Positions 18,120-25,340 of a stretch of DNA of 32,000 nucleotides are shown here, one piece after another. The stretch spans positions 16,155 through 48,154 of the forward strand of contig MTSL01000126.1 of NCBI GenBank assembly GCA_002794465.1. Reading direction: 5' to 3'. A program made the position numbers and the translations under genes. Under the pieces are notes generated by a model. It saw only the letters and a program-made list of their open reading frames with translations, had not been told where the DNA came from and made no database searches. The stretch comes from Paramicrosporidium saccamoebae KSL3 (taxonomy: Eukaryota; Fungi; Cryptomycota). Position 1 is the first letter of the stretch; the number at the start of each line of letters is the position of its first letter.

Positions 18120-19290
18120 TCAGCACTCCGGGATAGAGTTGTCGAGTAGATTCTGCGGGAACACGAGGGGTAATCCGAAATCAGCCGTCCTCCTATATTT
18201 CCTGCATACCTGTAACATGTGATCTTCCAGTCTCTCTAGCGTTTCAAAGCCCAAATCTTTCATTCCCAGGGCGCCTCCCACTCGCTCATTTTCTAACATC
18301 TGTAAGATGGTGTCGTAGGGAAAGAGGGCACGTCGGATCTCTGGGAACATTTTTCCATAGAGCCAGAAGAGGGCCGGAGGGAGATTGACAAGTTTAGCGG
18401 GCGACATTGTCGAGTAGGCAAAGAGCTCGACAATGCGTCGATAGGTATAACCTTTGGGGCCGTACAGATCGTACTGTTTACCGTCAACTGGCTTGCCGGT
18501 TTGGGTCAATAGAACAATGGCACTGGCAATATCGGAAATGTGGATTGGATACCGGACTTGTTTCCCACCCTCAAGCATCGGATAGCCCGTCCAAAATCGG
18601 GTAAATTCTACACAATCACAAACTTATTTAATTGAGTACGTCCAATTCCATTGATCAGACGATCTTGCGTACCAAAAATGGTTCCGGGCCGCACAATCAC
18701 GGCATCAGGAAACTCTTCCCGCACCACAGTCTCTCCCTCGGCCTACACCAAGTTATGAGAGGAGACATGGCACACCTTTGTTCGGGAGAATTCAGAGGCG
18801 GCGTCGGGGCTCGCACGCAGACCACTGACATGGATCAAACGTGGCACTCCTGCCTCTTTACATGCCCTCGCAATGGCCCTCGCCCCGTCCACATTTACGT
18901 CGCGTATCTTAAAATTCCTACCACCTCAACAATAGTCGGCAAATGTACAGAGTGTGACGGTCTTGGGCAATCAAATTGATGACCACGTCCGAATACTTGA
19001 CGCAGCGTTGGATGGAGGCATAGTCTCTTAAATGGAAGCGCTACACACCTTAGTGATTCCAATAGTGTACTGAAAAGTTAATTTGTCCAAGGTCGCCCAT
19101 AACTTTCATGGGATAAATGTCAGCATCATCTCCTCGATGGGGCACAATGACCTGGGTGCCTATGCGTCCTATTCCCGTCAGTACAACCGCCTCTTTGCGC
19201 ACCAAGACGATTAACGACATATCTCCCGATATAGCCGGATGCCCCAAAGACTGTCACTGAAAGTCCGCTGACCGATGAACGTCCTCCCAT
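18120..19290 (-). CDS. NDUFA9: NADH:ubiquinone oxidoreductase 39/40-kDa subunit; six exons (19290-19203, 19168-19071, 19040-18949, 18917-18776, 18742-18640, 18607-18120), 336 aa
   Basis: Spliced product [41 protein letters not shown]...MKVMGDLGQ...[11 protein letters not shown]...[12 protein letters not shown]...[31 protein letters not shown]...YPIHISDIA; five GT-AG introns of 34, 30, 31, 33 and 32 nt restore the frame. Confidence 0.95.
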
Positions 19291-19327
19291 GAAACGGAAA
19301 ATATATTAGTGTTATTCGATTTTCGCC

Positions 19328-21244
19328 ATGAAGAAGGCAGCCATCGTGTATCGCACTGGCTCTATTGACGATATGGAACGCTCAGTCTGCTTCATCTGCG
19401 CTGTCGACCACCCACCTATTTGGGCCATCTCTGAGTGCAGCCACCGCATATGCAGTGTATGTTCACTGCGCATGCGCACGTTATATGGGACAAAAAAGTG
19501 TTCCATGTGCAAGACGGATTCCACACGGGTGGTGATGGTTAGGGCCAAAAAGGACCATACTGGAACCTTTGAGGAGCTATTTAACGAAAGGCTGCCCAGT
19601 GACAACTTGGGAATGTATTTTGCGGATGAGCAGATAAAGAGCGATGTACTCAAAACCCTCGAGTTGCGTTGCTGTGTTCCCAAATGCCGGGAGAGCAAAC
19701 GTGTCTGGAACACGAAGCAGGAACTCAAGCATCATGTGCACAATGTACACCAACTGTCCTTTTGCGACATTTGTCTGGCACACAAAAAGGCATTCCCCTC
19801 TGAATATAAGGCGTATAATCGAGGTGAACTTGTGAAACACCAGAACGACAAAGTGGCGGGACATCCATCATGCACAGTGTGCAGCAGTCTATTTTACTCT
19901 GAAGACGAACTGACTGCGCATTGTCGGGAGAAGCATGAGCAGTGTCACATCTGTCAGCGGCAGCGTGGCGGTCGTCCAAGTTATCATCGCAATTACGAGG
20001 CATTGGAGGAGCATTTTCGGAAAGAACATTATTTGTGTCCCGAGTCGCTTTGTTTAGAACTAAAGTTTGTGGTCTTTGAAACTGAATTGGAGTATAAAAC
20101 CCACATGGCCGAGGTCCACATGTCGAACCTGAAAATGCAAAGATCAGAACAGCGACAATTCAGGAGGATCGATCCTGGATTCTCAGTTGGTGCTGATCGG
20201 CAGCAACGAGGGCGAAGAGACCAGAGAGAGGAGCAGGCACAAGGGCAAGAGGTTTTGGCCTCTCGCTCTCCTCATACTCCTCGTCCTCCTCAGCCCTGTA
20301 GCCCTAATCCTTCTACGGAGCCACTTTCTGGGAGTGTTTTGCGGCATTTTCTGTATGGAGATGCCATTGGCGATCTTGCCCGTCGACTACAAAGTCTTAA
20401 CATGTATGAGCAACGGAATATTGACTTTTGCGAGTCACTTTGCAACGACTATGGTCTTACTGAAGCCAATGTGGCGAATATGAAAGGATATTGTCGTCAG
20501 TTCCAAAAAGGAGACTTTACGGCCTGGGATTTGACGTTAAAGCTTGACACGATGTTGGGACATGAGCGTTTGGGAAAGATGATGCCCATCCTTGTCGATT
20601 TGCAACTTGACACGCACAAGAGGATGCAGCTTACCTCGGCTATTAACGCACATCTCTCAAAGATTGCATCCTTTCCCCCGCTTCCAGCTTCAGCAGAACC
20701 AGAATATTTGGCCCGCCGAAATACTGGCCGAACACCAGTGTATAGTGGTGCATCCACGTCTGCACCCTCAGTACTTAGGATCAAACCAAGCACAAGGACT
20801 ACGTCATATGCTGCATCCTCCAGCGTCGATCCTACTCGGAATCCACTGGCACTTCTTGGTGCATCCGGATCGCTGTCAAGGAGTACAGGGGGAACCAGTC
20901 ATGGTAAGAAGACTAGTGCGGTGCCTCCGTCATTCCGCGTCGCTGTAGCGACTAGCTCTTCGGTCGGGATTGTCGATGACGCCAAAGGAAGGGTCCGATC
21001 CACTCTGACGGAAGAAGATTTCCCGTCATTGTTGAGCCACTCAACACCCTCACCCACCCCACCCTCTGATAATATCTTTGCAAATAGCGAAGATAGGAAC
21101 GAGCCAGAGTCATTCTTTATTGGCAGTTCCGCCAACGCAGAGGATTTTGAATCTAGGAAGGACAATGTTTTTTCTGGTGTGACCACCACTGGGAATGCCA
21201 AGATGAAGAAAAAGAAGGGACAGGTCTTTTTACGTTATGGTTAA
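19328..21244 (+). CDS. HEL2: Ribosome quality-control E3 ligase Hel2/ZNF598
   Basis: N-terminal RING CFICA...CSHRICSVCSLRMRTLY...CSMCK, tandem C2H2 fingers (CDICLAHKKAF, GHPSCTVC, HCREKHEQCHIC, HFRKEHYLC), EEDFPSL motif and KKKKGQVFLRYG terminus. Confidence 0.88.
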   Translation: MKKAAIVYRTGSIDDMERSVCFICAVDHPPIWAISECSHRICSVCSLRMRTLYGTKKCSMCKTDSTRVVMVRAKKDHTGTFEELFNERLPSDNLGMYFADEQIKSDVLKTLELRCCVPKCRESKRVWNTKQELKHHVHNVHQLSFCDICLAHKKAFPSEYKAYNRGELVKHQNDKVAGHPSCTVCSSLFYSEDELTAHCREKHEQCHICQRQRGGRPSYHRNYEALEEHFRKEHYLCPESLCLELKFVVFETELEYKTHMAEVHMSNLKMQRSEQRQFRRIDPGFSVGADRQQRGRRDQREEQAQGQEVLASRSPHTPRPPQPCSPNPSTEPLSGSVLRHFLYGDAIGDLARRLQSLNMYEQRNIDFCESLCNDYGLTEANVANMKGYCRQFQKGDFTAWDLTLKLDTMLGHERLGKMMPILVDLQLDTHKRMQLTSAINAHLSKIASFPPLPASAEPEYLARRNTGRTPVYSGASTSAPSVLRIKPSTRTTSYAASSSVDPTRNPLALLGASGSLSRSTGGTSHGKKTSAVPPSFRVAVATSSSVGIVDDAKGRVRSTLTEEDFPSLLSHSTPSPTPPSDNIFANSEDRNEPESFFIGSSANAEDFESRKDNVFSGVTTTGNAKMKKKKGQVFLRYG

Positions 21245-21351
21245 TAGATGAGCAGGTCATGTTATGATGTTATGCCGTTATGGCTACTATCGTGCCGGGT
21301 TTTACGTTATGATTAATAGATTGGCAGGTCTCATGTTATGGTTAATAGATT
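21221..21351. repeat. Decayed tandem re-duplications of the HEL2 stop-codon region
   Basis: CAGGTC...GTTATG(G/A)TTAATAGAT at 21221-21250, 21300-21321 and 21325-21351, plus GTTATG fragments. Confidence 0.75.
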
Positions 21352-21396
21352 ATTCCTATGACAGGTTACATTACTGTTAGGACCAACTTCACAGAT

Positions 21397-22077
21397 TTAA
21401 ACAAGTTTCTTTGAACGGAAGAAGCGACGTAGGGAATAGACTTGATAGACGGAAGCAATACCCAGAATAACAATCTGTAGAACGGCCCATTTGAGGACAT
21501 TTCCATTGACCCGATCCGACTTTGATCGGAAGTGCTGCTCTCTGTCGCGCTGTAGCGTCTGTTCTCGTTGTAGGTCGCTCGTCTGGTCCACAGTCTTGCT
21601 AATCATGAATGCCAGATCATTCAGACTGGCCTCCATAGGTGATGTAATGTGCGGGTCACCCGCATCCCCAATGAATACCTCAACTCCGAGCTTAACAATG
21701 ACACTGGGGGAGTATTGTGTGAGCATGGCCTGGAAGCAGACGAGATGGTCACCTGTGTTGGCAGCAGTGAGGAATAGACGGTCATTGGGCTTGCTCTGTT
21801 GACGGACGACAGTGTGGCCGGAAGAGTCACGCACTGTCACCAGCAGCTGGAATGGTGTCTCCACCTTGGCGCTGCTCCCCGTATTCCAGCTCGTGGCCGA
21901 ATGTTTCACAAGGAGGACAGTCTTTTCGGGAAGGTCTTCAACGAGACACTTTTCGCGGATTCCCTCCAGACGAATGTGAACCTTGTCCAATTCGGTCACT
22001 TCGTAGGGTTGGGGTTCCATCTTTGCATTGGCAGTGGCAAGGAGGACTGCCGCGCTCAAAAGACGTTTCACCAGCAT
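21397..22077 (-). CDS. p24/GOLD family cargo receptor, alpha subfamily (Erp1/TMED9-like)
   Basis: Signal peptide, GOLD domain (KCLVEDLP...GDHLVCF), coiled coil REQTLQRDREQHFRSKS, TM helix, FFRSKKLV (KKxx) tail; ATG at 22077. Confidence 0.92.
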   Translation of the reverse strand: MLVKRLLSAAVLLATANAKMEPQPYEVTELDKVHIRLEGIREKCLVEDLPEKTVLLVKHSATSWNTGSSAKVETPFQLLVTVRDSSGHTVVRQQSKPNDRLFLTAANTGDHLVCFQAMLTQYSPSVIVKLGVEVFIGDAGDPHITSPMEASLNDLAFMISKTVDQTSDLQREQTLQRDREQHFRSKSDRVNGNVLKWAVLQIVILGIASVYQVYSLRRFFRSKKLV

Positions 22078-22437
22078 CAATTAAAGATAACCTAATTTTG
22101 TTTTTCGTAGCCGATTATTTCTAAGTCGGACAAGCTTGTTGTGAGGGTATAAACATTTTTTAGATATGTATAGTTCATCAGTACAATCTTATGGGGATGT
22201 AATGAAAATGTCCTATTGGGGATCTGCCAATGCAATCTGCTCCCCCTTGAAAGTTTCTGATCTGTCTATATGCCCTCTCAACCTTTAAGTTTCCCCATTA
22301 TTTCCTACCCACTCCTTTCCAGCCAGTCCTTTTCACTCGCATCCACCCCTCAACCCTTCTCCCTCACATTCATATTCACGCTTATACATCTAGTTGGGTA
22401 AAGACCCCTGGTACTCCTCCAGGGTCAGACTGCTGAA

Positions 22438-23840
22438 ATGGTACTGTCTTGCTCTCCGGCTTGGTAATATTTGTAGAAAGTCAAGACGATTACGCGTTCG
22501 GCCGAATCTTGCCAGCGGGAACGCAAGGGAGACATATTTGTCATGAAACGCAACCCCGATGCCGCTCTGCATCCCTTTGAGCGTGCCCGCGAATACCAAC
22601 GAGCTGTGAATGCTGCTAAACTGGATCGTCTATTTGCCAAGCCATTTGTTGCGTCCATGGCCGGTCATGTGGATGGAGTGTATTGTATGAATAGACATCC
22701 AACCGACCTGAAGATGGTTGTCTCTGGGTCTGGCGACGGCGAGCTTCGTCTCTGGAACATTTCTACTCAGTACTGGCCGCAGTTTGTGTAGCTGATTATT
22801 TTAGGAAATGCATTTGGAATAGAAAGGAGGCACACGATGCGTTTATTAGAGGAGTGTCCTTTTTGCCAAAGAGCAGTCTGCTTTTGTCATGCGGTGATGA
22901 CAAGATTGTTCGTATGTGGGACTATTCCCAAACGAGACCGCTCCCCGTCAGTCTGTTCCAAGGAAAGGGCACTTTTACCTGTGTGGACTCGCATCGTGAG
23001 GGACAGCTCTTTGCTACTTCTGGCAGTTTGGAGGTGGCTCTGTGGGATCAAACCCGCGCTGAGCCTATCCAGACGTTTTCCTGGGGCGCCGACACGGTCA
23101 ACAGTATCCGCTTTAACCAGGCTGAGACTTCGCTACTTGCCTCTTGCTCTAGTGACCGTAGTCTAATGCTCCATGACACCCGGACAAGCAGCACCATTGC
23201 CAAGGTCGTGCTGAAGATGCGCAGTAATGCTGTTTCTTGGAATCCCCAAGAAGCCGTTTATTTGAGTGTCGCCAATGAGGATAGCAACGTTTATACCTTT
23301 GATATGCGCTACTTTGACCGCGCAGTCAATATTATGCAAGGCCATGTCTCGGCCGTCATTGACCTGGACTATTCTCCCACTGGACAAGAGATTGTCACCG
23401 GAGGTTATGATCGTTCTATGCGCATCTACAACGTCCGCGAAGGTCAGAGCCGCGACATTTACCATACGATGCGTATGCAGCGTCTCTTCTGTGTACGCTA
23501 CAGCATGGACAGCAAATACATTCTCTCTGGCTCGGACGACGGAAATGTCCGTATATGGAAGGCGCAGGCTTCTGAACAGCTGGGCACTCAAAACCATCGT
23601 CAGCGGGAAGCGCTTGACTACAACCGAAATGTCTTGACGCGCTTCAAACAGATGCCCGAAGTGCGTCGCATTGCCAATCATCGTTCTGTGCCAAAGGACA
23701 TTAAACAGCGCTCCAGACAGACACATGAACATCGCATTTCACAAAAGAGGAAGGAGGAAAATGTGCGTCGACATAGTAAACCGGGTAGTGCCGCCAAGAA
23801 GAATCTGCGTGATGACGCGATTCTCGAGGTTAAGAAATAA
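22438..23840 (+). CDS. SOF1: SSU processome WD40 protein Sof1/DCAF13; exons 22438-22440, 22477-22769, 22805-23840 (443 aa)
   Basis: MKVKTITRS...RNPDAALHPFERAREYQRAVNAAKLDRLFAKPF, WD40 repeats, YHTMRMQRLF, SGSDDGNVRIWKAQASE; introns 22441-22476 (36 nt) and 22770-22804 (35 nt). Confidence 0.96.
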
Positions 23841-23934
23841 ATAGACACTTGTACATGCCGAATGAATAACTAGACGTATATTTTTACAGAACACTACATT
23901 CACACACAAACACCTCGGGAGATTGGCTATTTAC

Positions 23935-24412
23935 TTAGGCTTTCTTATTAATGCCAAGGATGCGTACACGATGCATCTGGGGCATCTTTGCAATCAGCTG
24001 GATTGCCAGCACGGCCAGATTGATGCAAAACATGGTCAAATCGTAGTGGGTATAATGGGCACTCATCAGAAACAGAAAGACGGGGAAAACCATGAGGAAT
24101 TTGCGGGTTGGAGTGTATTGCTCGCCCTCGTCGAGTTGCTCCCACAGCGTTAGGGCGCTATATTCGCCCTGATTTAGGTCAAAGGGTGTGCCGCAGAGCC
24201 AGTGAAAAAAGAAAAAAGTAAACTATAGGCATAATCAGCATTGTTGACGTGCTTACAATATTGTAGGTTAGGTTGGTCAAGGTCCAGCCCAGCTCGTTGG
24301 TCATCCCGGGGACGCAGGTAAACAACCCCTTCAGGGCTACCGCTATCAGCACGTTGGTGACCCAAGTGCCCCGAAAGTTGAGCCAGTCGGCGTTCGGGTT
24401 GTTGAAGGGCAT
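23935..24412 (-). CDS. ORMDL: ORM/ORMDL serine palmitoyltransferase regulator; exons 24412-24257 and 24222-23935 (147 aa)
   Basis: NPNADWLNFRGTW, WTLTNLTYN, FHWLCGTPFD, LTLWEQLDEGEQYTPTRKFL, AKMPQMHRVRILGINK; 34-nt intron 24223-24256. Confidence 0.95.
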
Positions 24413-24517
24413 GGCTCCAGGCTCGCTTTTAAGGGGGCGTGTCGAGCTCAGCTTAGTGGTGGCCCCCAGCCCGTGTTTAGCTCTTTTTGAACTTTCATGA
24501 TTGGTCAGCGCGCATGA

Positions 24518-24844
24518 TTAGTGTTTATTCTGATCGGAATAGATATCCTGGAGGTAGGATTCATTGGCGTCATGCGGCGGTGGAGGAGGACGGTTGGTGA
24601 GAAATGTCCAGTCGCGTGAGTCGGGAGGATGATTCAAGATTTCAATGGCATCTTCGTAGACGTGCTGCAGATGGTCAGTGCTGGAATGAGAGCGATCGAA
24701 AGCGGAGAAGGAGCCGAAAGAGTCGCGCGGATAATAGTTGGCGTCATGACGAAGAATGGATCTTCTTGCTCGGTATCGTTTCCCCAGTCCGCCAACAGGG
24801 TCAATGCAGAGGATGGAAAGGAGAGTGGCCGCGACGAGTTTCAT
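24518..24844 (-). CDS. Small putative secreted protein (108 aa), unknown function
   Basis: ATG-initiated ORF occupying its own intergenic slot; hydrophobic leader MKLVAATLLSILCIDPVGG, basic KRYRARR, internal repeat HDANYY..D / HDANESY..D, poly-Pro. No recognised family. Confidence 0.5.
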   Translation of the reverse strand: MKLVAATLLSILCIDPVGGLGKRYRARRSILRHDANYYPRDSFGSFSAFDRSHSSTDHLQHVYEDAIEILNHPPDSRDWTFLTNRPPPPPHDANESYLQDIYSDQNKH

Positions 24845-25000
24845 GGCGAGTCCCTTGTATTGCCAAAATGGGCATCCGACTGCAGTTAATAAAGCCCAAT
24901 CCGGTGGTACGTAAAACGACTGTATGATAGGAGCTGTAAAATGGATAAAGCTTGACTATCGGTTATTATCGGCTGTCGTTATTTAAAGTCTGGATTGTTC

Positions 25001-25340
25001 AAATTATGGAATGTGTGCAACTTGGTCGCTTCTCGCAGCCAGATGTTTTATACAGACTATGGTTCCCTAGTTTGGAGAAGGCCTAGTTGCTGGGTATTTG
25101 AGGACGGTGGGTTGTGTATCCATATTATTATAGGATTAGCAGTGAATGAACCCCTTTCCCGTCTGTGGATTATCCCCACTACGCGACACAGATATTCTGT
25201 ATTACACAAATTATGGAATATACAAAGCTTGATCACCATGTACGGATGGATTACAGTATGATGTAGTGGGGGATAGAGTCTGAATTGCGTCAATTATGGA
25301 ATATACACAACTTGGTCACCTTCCACAGACAAATACTCTT
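25001..25340 (-). repeat. Two decayed downstream copies of the cullin C-terminal coding end
   Basis: Minus-strand translations: gene end YLSVEGDQVVYIP*; copy ending near 25210 NPSVHGDQALYIP*; copy ending near 25003 HLAARSDQVAHIP*. Confidence 0.75.
25169..25189 (-). repeat. 21-bp core of a dispersed intergenic element (inverted copy at 2859-2879)
   Basis: Exact 21/21 reverse-complement match to 2859-2879. Confidence 0.85.

Noticed and set aside
19312-19728. 138-aa antisense ORF over the HEL2 RING region, and other shadow ORFs (e.g. 7365..8006, 16218..16868, 23163..23732, 12024..12491)
   Set aside because: They lie antisense or off-frame to well-supported genes, have no recognisable motifs, and are expected by-products of coding sequence.
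22265-22390. Pyrimidine-rich tract upstream of SOF1
   Set aside because: Low-complexity strand bias typical of promoters or 5' UTRs; no defined repeat or structure.
4968-23840. Ribosome-biogenesis/translation gene cluster (IleRS, eIF6, NOB1, HEL2, SOF1)
   Set aside because: Such genes are a large share of a reduced genome; I saw no shared RRPE/PAC-like motif, so chance is sufficient.
3171-24412. Sphingolipid pair (sphingomyelinase and ORMDL) as a functional cluster
   Set aside because: About 19 kb and ten unrelated genes apart.
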